Source: an uncultured Solirubrobacteraceae bacterium
Lineage (GTDB): Bacteria > Actinomycetota > Thermoleophilia > Solirubrobacterales > Solirubrobacteraceae
DNA: 64,000 nt
Direction of reading: 5' to 3'
NCBI GenBank assembly: GCA_963843865.1
Contig: CAWJMO010000020.1
Span: forward strand, 46,553 to 110,552
Under the pieces are notes generated by a model that worked only from the letters and a program-made list of their open reading frames with translations, did not search any database and was not told the DNA's origin. Both the position numbers and the translations under genes were made by a program. The stretch's first letter is position 1. Every line of letters starts with the position of its first letter. This document shows positions 53,531-62,667 of this stretch, in pieces.

Positions 53531-54313
53531 ATGACCGCATTCACCGCAGGATCCCCTTGCTGGGCCGATGTCAGCGTCCCTGACCCCGACGCCGCGAAGC
53601 GCTTCTACGGTGCGCTCCTGGGCTGGGACTTCGAGACCGGCGAGGAGCCCTTCGGCGGGTACGCGCCGGCGCTCAAGGACGGCAAGAACGTGGCGGCCGT
53701 CGCCACGGCGCAGGGCGGCGCCCCCGCCGCCTGGAACCTGTACTTCGCCACGCCCGACGCGCAGGCGCTGGCCCGGCGCATCGGAGAGGCCGGCGGCAAG
53801 GTCGTACTGGAGCCGACCGCGATCGGCGACGCCGGCACCATGCTGCTGGCGGCCGACCCGGGCGGGGCCCACTTCGGTGCCTGGCAGCCGGGCACGCGCG
53901 CCGGTTTCGAACTGCAGGGGGTGCCCGGCACGTTCTTCTGGCCGGAGATCTACACCCGTGACAAGGCCGACGTCGACCCGTTCTACGAGGGCGTGTTCGG
54001 CTTCAGCGGCCAGCAGATCTCGGAGGGCCCCTTCGACTTCAAGCTGTGGTTCCAGCCGGACAACCCGCAGCCCGTCGCCGGGCGGCTGCAGATGGGCGAG
54101 TTCATGCCGGCCGAGGTCCCGGCTCACGCGCTCGTCTACTTCTCGGTGGCCGACACCGACGAGACCGTGGCGAAGGTGCTCGAACTCGGCGGCGGCGTGG
54201 GCCGGGAGCCGGCGGACAGCCCCTTCGGGCGCTCCGCCCTCGTCGCCGACGACCAGGGAGCGCGCTTCGCGGTGATGGGACCGGTCAAGGACCAGGACGC
54301 CGCCGCGAGTTGA
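53531..54313 (+). CDS. two-domain VOC (glyoxalase/bleomycin-resistance) family protein
   Basis: Intact. MTAFTAGSPCWADVSVPDPDAAKRFYGALLGWDF, and a second repeat FFWPEIYTRDKADVDPFYEGVFGF. The ATG at 53531 follows GAGG. Confidence 0.8.
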   Translation: MTAFTAGSPCWADVSVPDPDAAKRFYGALLGWDFETGEEPFGGYAPALKDGKNVAAVATAQGGAPAAWNLYFATPDAQALARRIGEAGGKVVLEPTAIGDAGTMLLAADPGGAHFGAWQPGTRAGFELQGVPGTFFWPEIYTRDKADVDPFYEGVFGFSGQQISEGPFDFKLWFQPDNPQPVAGRLQMGEFMPAEVPAHALVYFSVADTDETVAKVLELGGGVGREPADSPFGRSALVADDQGARFAVMGPVKDQDAAAS

Positions 54314-54326
54314 GCCACGTACCGCA

Positions 54327-54370
54327 AAGAGCCGGTCCCGGCACCCCCAGGGGGTCCGGGACCGGCTCTT
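54327..54370. terminator. bidirectional hairpin between the convergent VOC and P450 genes
   Basis: AAGAGCCGGTCCCGG ... CCGGGACCGGCTCTT, a 15-bp perfect stem whose loop is itself palindromic. It is followed by TGTGTTCT. Confidence 0.6.
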
Positions 54371-54411
54371 GTGTTCTGGCTCGTGTTCAGGAGGCCGGGC
54401 GGGCGGGGGGT

Positions 54412-55635
54412 TCAGTCGCCCCAGACCACCGGAAGGCTGGTCAGCGTGTGGTTGATCTCGCCGGCGTGCCACGGCAGTTCGGACTCCGGCACCGCCAGAC
54501 GCAGGTCGGGGAAGCGGGTCAGCAGTCCCTCGATGGCGATCACCAGCTCCATCCGGCCCAGGTGCTTGCCCAGGCAGTAGTGCAGACCGTGCCCGAAGGA
54601 GATGTGCGGGTTGTGCTCGCGGGCGAGGTCGAGCCGGTCCGGATCGGTGAAGACGTTCTCGTCCCGGTTGGCCGAGGCCAGGGCCAGCAGCACCGCGTCG
54701 CCCTTACGGATGGTCACGCCGCCGACCTCGATGTCCTCGGCGGCGATCCGCGGGAAGCCGGAGGTGTCGGTGGCGAACAGGTTGACGTGCCGCAGGAGTT
54801 CCTCGACCGCCACCGGGATCCGGGAGTGGTCCTCGCGCAGCCACTGCCACTGGTCGCGGGCGTCCACGAGAAGCGCGAGCACGGAGTTGGCGAGCTGGTT
54901 GGCGGTGGTGTCGAAGCCCGCGCCGATGAGGGTGAAGCCGAAGGTGACCAGCTCCTGCTCGCTCAGCCGGTCGTCGTTGTCGCGGGCGGCGATCAGCTCG
55001 GAGAGCATGTCGTCGGTGGGGTTGGCCCGCTTCTCGGCGATGAGGCCGACGATGTACTCGCTGAGCTTGGCGAGCCCGTCGAGCGACTCCTTGCCGCCGG
55101 CCCGCTCGTCTACGGTGGCGAACGCGCGCGCCCACTTCTCGAAGGTGCGCAGGTCCTCGGACGGTACGCCGAGCAGCTCGCCGATGACGGTCAGCGGCAG
55201 CGGCACCGCGAACTCCTGTACCAGATCAGCCGTGCCGCCACGGGAACTGATGCCGTCGAGCAGTTCGTCGCAGACCTTCTGCACGTTGTCCCGCATGCGC
55301 TCGATCCGGCGCATCGTGAAGGCCCCGGCCACCAGCTTGCGCAGCCTGGAGTGCTCGGGCGAGTCGAGCGAGATGATCATCTCCGGGGTGGTGTGCATGG
55401 TGCCGCCGATCCTGGGCGCGCCCTCACCGCAGGCCATGGCCCGGCTCAGCCGGGGATCGGCGGACAGCTCCCGCACGTCCTGGTAGCGGGTCACCAGCCA
55501 GGCATCCACCCCGCCCGTGGTGCGCACCTTGACCACCGGCCGGGTCCTGCGCAACTCCGTGTAGCGCGGTGCCGGGGCCCGGTACGACGAACCGGGCAGG
55601 GGGTACACATCGGTTTCCTGAAGGGCAGTCACCAT
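54412..55635 (-). CDS. cytochrome P450
   Basis: Intact. The ATG (complement of 55633-55635) follows GGAGGAG. AGFDTTANQL (I-helix), EELLRH (ExxR) and FGHGLHYCLGKHLGR (heme Cys loop). Confidence 0.9.
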   Translation of the reverse strand: MVTALQETDVYPLPGSSYRAPAPRYTELRRTRPVVKVRTTGGVDAWLVTRYQDVRELSADPRLSRAMACGEGAPRIGGTMHTTPEMIISLDSPEHSRLRKLVAGAFTMRRIERMRDNVQKVCDELLDGISSRGGTADLVQEFAVPLPLTVIGELLGVPSEDLRTFEKWARAFATVDERAGGKESLDGLAKLSEYIVGLIAEKRANPTDDMLSELIAARDNDDRLSEQELVTFGFTLIGAGFDTTANQLANSVLALLVDARDQWQWLREDHSRIPVAVEELLRHVNLFATDTSGFPRIAAEDIEVGGVTIRKGDAVLLALASANRDENVFTDPDRLDLAREHNPHISFGHGLHYCLGKHLGRMELVIAIEGLLTRFPDLRLAVPESELPWHAGEINHTLTSLPVVWGD

Positions 55636-55789
55636 GACTCCTCCGCTGTAGCCGCCAAGGTCTCCAACACCGTACGAACCGGTGATGGAGACCAAGTCGG
55701 ATGCAACTGGAGCCAGTTGGGGAACGCGGGAGCCGGTCGGGGAATGCGGGAGCCCGTGTCCGGCGCGCCATGCCGTCAGTCGTCAGGCG

Positions 55790-56914
55790 TCAGGCGTCGG
55801 GCGCGCCGAGCAGCACCGTGGAGTAGTTCTTGCGCGCGGCGGTGTCGTACTGCAGGGCGACATGGCTGGTGGCCGAGGTGACGTCGCGCCAGGCCCGCTG
55901 CAGCGCGTGCGTCTCCCCGAGGCCGCCGGTGCCCGTGGCGCGGACGAGCAACTCCAGCGCCTCCTGGAGGAGTTCGGCGGAGAAGGTGGCGTTGCGCTCG
56001 CTGCGCGCCATCAGCTCGGGCGTGAAGGACCTGGTGTCCAGGACGGCCGCGTTCTGCTCGACGAAGTGCCGGGCCGCGTCGACCCGCCCGGACGCCCTGA
56101 CCAGCTTCGTCTCCGACGTGACCGTGCGCTTGCGGCCGGTCAGCAGCCCGGCCGCCGCCTCCAGGGCGCCGGCGGCGGCGCCCACCACGGGCGCGATGAA
56201 GGTCAGCCCGCCGACCGCCTGGAACGGCACGTTGTGGGCGGGCAGTTCGGACGTCGCGTTGCGCCCGCTGAGCATGTCGGCGCGGGCGAACGACAGATGC
56301 TGCGGTACGAAGACGTCGTCCACGACGACGGTGTGGCTGCCGGTGGCCCGCATGCCGACGCTGTCCCAGGACCGCTCGACGGCGAACATGTCCCGCGGCA
56401 GCGCGAAGAACCGCAGCTCACCGGGCCCCTCGCCGCCGGGCGCCGGCACCGCGGCGCAGACCAGCGCCCAGCCGGCGAAGTCGATCCCGCTGACGTAGCT
56501 CCATCGGCCCGTCACCCGCCAGCCGCCCTCGGCCGCCCGCGCCCGCCCGGCCGGCATCAGCCCGGTGGCGATGACCGTGTCCGGGCTCTCGCCCCACAGC
56601 GCCCGGTGCCCCTGGGCGGGCAGATGTGCCGCGAACCGCGCCGAGTACGCGGCCAGCGAGGCGCACCACGCGGTGGCCGCGCAGCCCTCGCCCACGGTGA
56701 GCACGGCGCGGGTCAGCTCGCCGAACGAGCCCTCCGCACCGCCCCACTCGGCGGCCACGAAGTGCCGGGCGAAGCCGGCCTCGGTCAGTGCCTCGACCAC
56801 CGCCGGGGCGAGCGCGCGCTGCCGGTCCGCCTCGGAGGCGTGCTCGGCCGCGAGCAGGCGCAGCTTCTCGGCGGCCGGAAGCAGCCCGGTTGCGTTGTCG
56901 GGATCGTTGCCCAT
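55790..56914 (-). CDS. acyl-CoA-dehydrogenase-fold protein, probably the oxygenase of a two-component flavin monooxygenase
   Basis: Intact 374-aa ORF. GGWRVTGRWSYVSGIDFAGW, SWDSVGMRATGSHTVVVDDVFVP and LQRAWRDVTSATSHVAL. No obvious acyl-CoA catalytic-base context. A flavin reductase gene lies 1.7 kb away. Confidence 0.7.
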   Translation of the reverse strand: MGNDPDNATGLLPAAEKLRLLAAEHASEADRQRALAPAVVEALTEAGFARHFVAAEWGGAEGSFGELTRAVLTVGEGCAATAWCASLAAYSARFAAHLPAQGHRALWGESPDTVIATGLMPAGRARAAEGGWRVTGRWSYVSGIDFAGWALVCAAVPAPGGEGPGELRFFALPRDMFAVERSWDSVGMRATGSHTVVVDDVFVPQHLSFARADMLSGRNATSELPAHNVPFQAVGGLTFIAPVVGAAAGALEAAAGLLTGRKRTVTSETKLVRASGRVDAARHFVEQNAAVLDTRSFTPELMARSERNATFSAELLQEALELLVRATGTGGLGETHALQRAWRDVTSATSHVALQYDTAARKNYSTVLLGAPDA

Positions 56915-56959
56915 GCCTGTGACCTCCTGCGTGGGTGGTGGTGATCGGTCGAGTGGGTG

Positions 56960-57445
56960 TCAGACGCCGCGCGCGACGGCCTGGGCGAACCGCTCCAGGG
57001 TCTCCCCGGGACTGGGGCCGTCCAGGGCGCGGAAGATCCCCTCGGCGCCCTCGCCGTGCCGGTGGAGCTTGACGTGCGCGAGTGACACCCTGGTCGTCGT
57101 GGCGTCGACCGGTTCGATGTCGAGTTCGATCTCGCTGGCGCGCTCGTCGTCCGGTATGGACTGCCAGTTGCCGTCGATCCGCCAGGTCATGACGAGCCTG
57201 CGGCCCGGCTCCCACTCCAGGACGCGGCCCCAGGCGATCTCGGTGCCCTCCACGTCCCACTCGTAGTAGCGGCCGCCCACGCCCGGTTCGAAGGCGAGCC
57301 CGGCCCGCTCCTTCTTCACCAGCACATGGGACGGCGGCCACCACTGTCCGGGCTGCTCGGTGAACACCCGGAAGCAGTCCTCGGGACTCGCCACGACGGT
57401 CACCGACTTCCGTACGTCGGGGATGCTCTGCGTCTGCTCGGGCAC
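56960..57445 (-). CDS. SRPBCC superfamily protein (AHSA1/START-like)
   Basis: Intact 161-aa ORF. VTVVASPEDCFRVFTEQPGQWWPPSHV..GGRYYEW..GRVLEWEPGRRLVMTWRI. Confidence 0.75.
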   Translation of the reverse strand: MPEQTQSIPDVRKSVTVVASPEDCFRVFTEQPGQWWPPSHVLVKKERAGLAFEPGVGGRYYEWDVEGTEIAWGRVLEWEPGRRLVMTWRIDGNWQSIPDDERASEIELDIEPVDATTTRVSLAHVKLHRHGEGAEGIFRALDGPSPGETLERFAQAVARGV

Positions 57446-57731
57446 GGGCCCTCCTCGTCAGGTGTCTGCACAGGTCCGCTCACGCTGGCGTGCGGGGCTC
57501 GATACGCGCCGGACCGCCGGTAGGGCCGCGATAGGGGGTGCCACGCCGTGTCGTCTCGCGGCTGCGGCTGCGGCTGCGGCGCCGCGGTGGCCGGTCGCGC
57601 CCACGCGGTGGCGCGGCACATCGATGCGGCCCCGAGTCCCTTCGGGGCGCTCCGGCGGGAGGCGAGCGACGTCCTAGGCCCCGCGTCCACCGTCGTTTCG
57701 ACCGGGCCCCACGACCTCTTGGGAGAGCACG

Positions 57732-58517
57732 ATGACAGAAGCGGGACGACGGGTTGCCTTCGTCACGGGCGCGACCAGCGGGATCGGCCTCGCTGTGACC
57801 GAACTGCTGGCCCGGCAGGGCGCGGCGGTGTTCGGTGTGGCGCGCGGAGAGGAGAGCGTCCGTGCGGTGGTGAAGCGGCTGCGCGAGGAGGGCCTTGAGG
57901 TCTCCGGGGCGGTCTGCGACGTCACCTCGCAAGAGCAGGTGAGGACCGCCGTCGAGGCGGCGGTGGCCGTGTACGGGCGGATCGACATCCTCGTCAACAA
58001 CGCGGGCCGGGGCGGCGGCGGAGTCACCGCCGAACTGTCGGACGCCCTGTGGCTCGATGTGATCGACACCAATCTGAACGGCACGTTCCGCGTCACCCGC
58101 GAGGTGCTGAGCACCGGGCGGATGCGGGACGGCGACTGGGGCCGCATCATCAACATCGCCTCCACCGGTGGCAAGCAGGGCGTCGAACTGGCCGCTCCCT
58201 ACTCGGCGTCCAAGCACGGTGTCGTCGGCTTCACCAAGGCCGTCGGCAAGGAACTGGCGAGGACCGGCATCACCGTCAACGCCGTGTGCCCCGGATACGT
58301 CGAGACCCCGATGGCGCAGCGGGTCCGCCAGGGCTATGCCGGCCACTACGGCGTCAGCGAGCAGGACATACAGGAGAAGTTCAACGCGAAGATCCCGCTG
58401 GGCCGTTACTCCACACCCGAGGAGGTGGCCGGCCTGGTCGGCTACCTGGCCTCGGACCCGGCTGCGTCCATCACCGCCCAGGCACTCAACGTCTGCGGAG
58501 GCCTGGGCAACTACTGA
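57732..58517 (+). CDS. SDR ketoreductase closely resembling type II polyketide C-9 ketoreductases (ActIII type)
   Basis: Intact 261 aa. TGATSGIG, NNAGRGGGG, NIASTGGKQGV, YSASKHGVVGFTKA, ITVNAVCPGYVETPMA and the C-terminal end QALNVCGGLGNY, as I remember for ActIII-family KRs. Confidence 0.85.
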   Translation: MTEAGRRVAFVTGATSGIGLAVTELLARQGAAVFGVARGEESVRAVVKRLREEGLEVSGAVCDVTSQEQVRTAVEAAVAVYGRIDILVNNAGRGGGGVTAELSDALWLDVIDTNLNGTFRVTREVLSTGRMRDGDWGRIINIASTGGKQGVELAAPYSASKHGVVGFTKAVGKELARTGITVNAVCPGYVETPMAQRVRQGYAGHYGVSEQDIQEKFNAKIPLGRYSTPEEVAGLVGYLASDPAASITAQALNVCGGLGNY

Positions 58518-58627
58518 CCTCCCGGCGACCGTCCCGGCAGACTGCCCGGCTGAATCCGTCGCCGCCACACGCGTGATCCACGCCCGACCCACGCCGCTGA
58601 TCCCGTTACGAGAGACGGAGCCCCACG

Positions 58628-59164
58628 ATGACCGACACCGGTGGCACGCTGCTCGCCGAACCCGCAACCGAACTCGCCGCCTTCCGGGCGGCGATGGGCC
58701 GCTTCCCCACCGGGGTCACCCTGCTCACGCAGGGCAGCGGCGACGACACCATCGTCATGACCCTCAACAGCCTGACCTCGGTCTCCCTCGACCCCATGCT
58801 GCTGCTCGTCTCCGTCAAGTCGGACGGCCGGATGCGTCCGAAGATCGTGCGTGGCGGGGGCTTCGCGGTGAACGTGCTCAGCGAGCAACAGCGCGACCTG
58901 GCCCAGGAGTTCTGCCGCCCCGACCGTCCGGCCGGCCGGGCCGCGATGCTGCGCGTCGGCGCGGTCGAGGGAACGCTCGGCCATGCGGTGATCCCGTCGG
59001 CCGAGGCGTACTTCGAGTGCGAGCTGCACGACCAGCACGAGGCGGGCGACCACGTCCTGCTCGTGGGCCGGGTCGTGGCCCTGCACGACCGGCCCGGTGA
59101 GGCACAGCCCCTCCTCTTCCACCGCGGCGCCTACGCGCAGGTGGGCGCGGGCAGGGCGGCATGA
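58628..59164 (+). CDS. NAD(P)H:flavin oxidoreductase (HpaC/ActVB-type flavin reductase)
   Basis: Intact 178 aa. FRAAMGRFPTGVTLLT, MTLNSLTSVSLDPMLLLVSV and GDHVLLVGRVVAL. Confidence 0.85.
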   Translation: MTDTGGTLLAEPATELAAFRAAMGRFPTGVTLLTQGSGDDTIVMTLNSLTSVSLDPMLLLVSVKSDGRMRPKIVRGGGFAVNVLSEQQRDLAQEFCRPDRPAGRAAMLRVGAVEGTLGHAVIPSAEAYFECELHDQHEAGDHVLLVGRVVALHDRPGEAQPLLFHRGAYAQVGAGRAA

Positions 59165-60082
59165 GCGCGCCCGCCGCCACGGCACCGACGCTCGACCGGG
59201 TGGCGGACGGGGTGTACGCCTACGTGCAGTCCGGAGGCGGATGGTGTGTGAACAACGCCGGCCTGATCGTCGGCGGGGACGGCGGCGGTCCTGGTCGACA
59301 CGGCGGCGACGCAGGCGCGTACGAGGCGCCTGCGCGAGGAGGCCGAACGGGTCGCTCCCGGTGGCGTGGACCTCGTGGTCAACACGCACTTCCACGGCGA
59401 CCACACCTTCGGCAACGGGCAGTTCACGCCCCGCGCGCAGATCGTCGCCCATGAGGGCACCCGGGCGGACAGCGCGGAGGCGGGCCTGCACCTGCGGGGT
59501 CTGTGGCCGCAGGTGGAGTGGGGAGAGACCCCCCTGACCCTGCCGACGGTCACCTTCCAGGACACGCTGACACTGCACCCGGGCAGCGGCGTACGGGCCG
59601 AACTGCACCACGTCGGCCCCGCGCACACCGCGAACGACGTGGTCGTCTGGGTCCCGGACCGGTCGGTCCTGTTCGCCGGCGACGTGGTGTGGTCCGGTGT
59701 GACGCCGTACGTCCTGATGGGCTCGATCACGGGCTCCCTGGAGGCCCTGGAGCGGCTGCGCGCGCTGCGCCCCCGCACGGTGGTCCCCGGCCATGGCCCG
59801 GTCGGCGGCCCGGAACTGCTGGACTTCACCGAGGCGTACCTGCGCCTGGTCGACCGCCTGGCGGTGGACGGCCTCCGCGACGGCCTGACCCCTCTCCAGG
59901 CGGCCGAACGCGCCGACCTGGGCGGGTTCGCGACGCTCGTCGACGCGGAACGCCTCGTGGGCAACCTGCACCGGGCCTACGCGGAACAGCGGGGACTGCC
60001 ACCGGGGGACCGGCTCGACGTGGTGGAGTCGTTCAAGGAGATGGTGGCGTACCAGGGCGGCCTGCCGCAGTGCCACGCGTGA
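59161..60082 (+). CDS. metallo-beta-lactamase-fold protein (one or two frame breaks near 59.29 kb)
   Basis: The ATG overlaps the reductase stop (ATGA). VNTHFHGDHTFGN (HxHxDH), VGPAHTANDVVVWVPD and VVPGHGP. Confidence 0.8.
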
Positions 60083-60187
60083 CGATCCACGCCGGTCGCG
60101 GGCGAGAGCCGCGCGCCGGACGGAGGCCCATCACAGTCCCCGTCCGGCGCGCGGCTCTCTTTCCGGCTGTCCCCGCGTCCTCCGCCT

Positions 60188-60637
60188 CTACGCCGGTACC
60201 GGCTGATCGCGGTGGATCACCCGCCGCCTGGTGAACAGCACGCCCTCGCGGCGCACCAGTTCGTCCTCCACCGTGAAGGTGGGCTCGAAGACGACGTTGC
60301 CCTCGCGGTCGGTCTGGGTGACGAGCGAGTAGTACGAGACGTGCAGGGTGTTCTCGTCGACCGGGTCGGCCTCGATCAGCACGTGGTCGAACCAGTGGCG
60401 TACGGCGATGTCGCGGTAGCGGGGCAGCGCCGCCCGCATTCCTGCGAGCATCTCCGCCCGCCCGCGCTGCACCGCGCCTCCCGCGTGTACGACCTCCCCG
60501 TCCTCGGTGAACGTCGCGGCGAACCCCTCGATGTCCAGCGCGTCGACCCGGCGCATCTGCCATGCGTAGAACGTCCGGACCTCGGCGTAGACCTCCCCGG
60601 AGACCTGCGCGTACGTTTTCTGGACCGCCTGGGACAC
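60188..60637 (-). CDS. NTF2/SnoaL-like fold protein
   Basis: GTG (complement of 60635-60637) follows GAGGGGAG. VSQAVQKTYAQVSGEVYAEVRTFYAWQMRRVDALDIEGFAATFTEDGEV...HWFDHVLIE... Confidence 0.65.
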   Translation of the reverse strand: MSQAVQKTYAQVSGEVYAEVRTFYAWQMRRVDALDIEGFAATFTEDGEVVHAGGAVQRGRAEMLAGMRAALPRYRDIAVRHWFDHVLIEADPVDENTLHVSYYSLVTQTDREGNVVFEPTFTVEDELVRREGVLFTRRRVIHRDQPVPA

Positions 60638-60910
60638 GGCGTCTCCCCTCAGTGACAACGGCCGCCCGACTCCGGCGGCGCGACTGCCGCCCACGCTGCC
60701 CGGCCCCGCTCCAGGCGCGCTGGAGGCCCGGTCAGTCGGCCGCGCTACCGGGATTCATTCGCAGTGCATCGGGCTTCAGCCCGGTGGTGAAGCGAATCTG
60801 AGGGTTGCGACGCGGAGCGTCGCAGTCTTGTCCGGCGGAGCCGGACGGCGTGCTCCTCACCCGTGGCGCGGAGCGCCACGACAGCTGGTCCCGGCGGAGC
60901 CGGGCGATGC

Positions 60911-61353
60911 TCACACGGGCCGGTTCTGCTGTTCGATGTACTGCCTGACCACGGAGAGCGGGGCGCCGCCGACGGTGCCGGCGAAGTAGGAACCGGACCA
61001 GAGCTTGTTGGCCCGCCAGTAGTGGCGTACCAGGTCGGGGAACTCTCCCCAGCCTCGGCCGGGAGGTGCCCCAGGCGCAGACGGCGGGAGGAGACGCCCT
61101 TGAGGGAGTTGACGAGTTTGGTGACGGCGACCTTGGGCGGGAAGTTCACCAGGAGGTGGACGTGGTTGTCCTCGCCGTTGAACTCCACCAGCTCGCACTC
61201 GAAGTCCGCGCACACCGACCGCATGATCTCCTCCATCCGCGTCAGATGAACATCCGTGAACACCTTGTGCCGGAACTTGGTCACGAAGACCAAGTGGACA
61301 TGCATCACGAAAGCACAGTGCCGGCCAGTTCTGATCTTCTGCATCTCACCCAT
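60911..61353 (-). CDS. tnpA: IS200/IS605 Y1 (HUH) transposase TnpA (one frame break near 61.07 kb)
   Basis: MGEMQKIRTGRHCAFVMHVHLVFVTKFR, HUH motif DNHVHLLVNFPP, and catalytic-Tyr region LWSGSYFAGTVGGAPLSVVRQYIEQQ. Confidence 0.88.
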
Positions 61354-61378
61354 AACCCAATTATGTAGCGTGGCCGTC

Positions 61379-62607
61379 ATGCAGCTTCGGTACGCCTTCA
61401 GGTTGTACCCGGACTCCGGCCAGCAGACGGCGCTGGCGAAGGCGTTCGGGTGCGCCCGCGTCGTGTTCAACGACGCGGTGCGCGCCCGCGAGGACGCCCG
61501 CACGGCCGGGCAGCCGTTCCCGACGGCCGGCGAGCTGTCCAGGAAGCTGATCACCGAGGCGAAGCAGACCGCGGAGCGGTCCTGGCTGGGCGAGGTCTCC
61601 GCGGTCGTGCTCCAGCAGTCCCTGCGCGACGTGGAGACCGCCTACAGGAACTTCTTCGCCTCCCTCAAGGGCGACCGCAAGGGCCCGAAGATGGGTGCGC
61701 CCCGCTTCAAGTCCCGCAAGGACAACCGGCAGTCGATCCGGTTCACCGCCAACGCCCGCTGGTACGATCACCGGCAGCGGGCGGCTGAACCTGCCGAAGA
61801 TCGGGGCGGTGAAGGTGAAGTGGTCCCGCACCCTGCCCGCCACCCCGTCCTCGGTCACCGTGATCAAGGACGCGGCCGGCCGGTACTTCGCCTCCTTCGT
61901 CATCGACACCGACCCGCACGCCGACGCCGCCCGGATGCCCGCCACCGGCCAGCACGGTCGGCATCGACCTGGGCCTGACGCACTTCGCGGTCCTCTCCGA
62001 CGGCACGAAGATCGACTCCCCGCGCTTCCTGCGCCGCGCGGAGAAGAAGCTGAAGAAGGCCCAGCGGGATCTGTCCCGCAAGCAGAAGGGATCCAAGAAC
62101 CGGGAGAAGGCCCGCCTCAAGGTCGCCCGCGCCCACGCACAGGTGGCCGACGCGCGCCGCGAGTTCCACCACCAGCTCTCCACCAAGCTGATCCGCGAGA
62201 ACCAAGCGATCGGCGTGGAGGACCTGGCGGTCAAGGGACTCGCCCGCACCCGACTGGCCAAGACCGTGCACGACGCGGGCTGGTCGCAGTTCGTGGCCAT
62301 GCTGGAGTACAAGGCGCGCCCGGTACGGGCGGACCCTGGTGAAGATCGGCCGGTTCGAGCCGACCTCCCAGGTCTGCTCGACCTGCGGCGTCAAGGACGG
62401 CCCCAAGCCCCTGCACGTCCGGGAATGGACCTGCGCCGCCTGCGGCGCCGTCCACGACCGGGACCATCAACGCCGCGATCAACGTCAAGACGGCCGCCGG
62501 ACTGGCGGTATACAGCCTGCGGAGCGCCGGTAAGACCAGGACTCGTCCCGGCACAGCGCGAAGAAACAGGAAGCCACGGATTCCCGCCCGAACCCCGTGC
62601 CGCGTAG
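61379..62607 (+). CDS. tnpB: TnpB (OrfB_IS605) RNA-guided nuclease (several frame breaks)
   Basis: MQLRYAFRLYPDSGQQTALAKAFGCARVVFNDAV, RuvC-I VGIDLGL, RuvC-II IGVEDLAVKGL, zinc ribbon CSTCG...CAACG, and RuvC-III HDRD.NAAINV. Confidence 0.88.
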
Positions 62608-62667
62608 CGGCACAGCAACGGACGAGAAGGCCAGAATCCTCGGGCTTCAGCCCGAGGAGCAAGTCAA
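62440..62667 (+). ncRNA. candidate omega/reRNA scaffold at the 3' end of tnpB running to the right end
   Basis: The position follows the TnpB paradigm. Hairpins GTGCCGC-gta-GCGGCAC (62597-62613) and CCTCGGGC-ttca-GCCCGAGG (62638-62657). The 5' limit is a guess. Confidence 0.35.

Larger units (their letters stand above)
60749..62667. mobile_element. IS200/IS605-family element with divergent tnpA and tnpB
   Basis: Subterminal hairpins share the core GGGCTTCAGCCC on the same strand (60770-60783 and 62638-62657). The right end finishes with TCAA (62664-62667), 10 nt after the hairpin. The left boundary after CTAC (60745-60748) is inferred by analogy with IS608. Confidence 0.75.

Noticed and set aside
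57446-57731. Small ORFs and (GCGGCT)x3 repeat in the very GC-rich divergent promoter region of the redox cluster
   Set aside because: A 47-codon minus-strand ORF (MCRATAWARPATAAPQPQPQP...) and a 65-codon Arg-rich plus ORF exist. They have no RBS, no homology I recognise, and poor codon bias. The short GCGGCT run is within normal GC-rich noise.
57480-60076. Long minus-strand ORFs 57480-58667 and 58511-60076
   Set aside because: They are antisense shadows of the intact ketoreductase, flavin reductase and MBL genes. They have no motifs and are Arg/Gly/Pro-rich.
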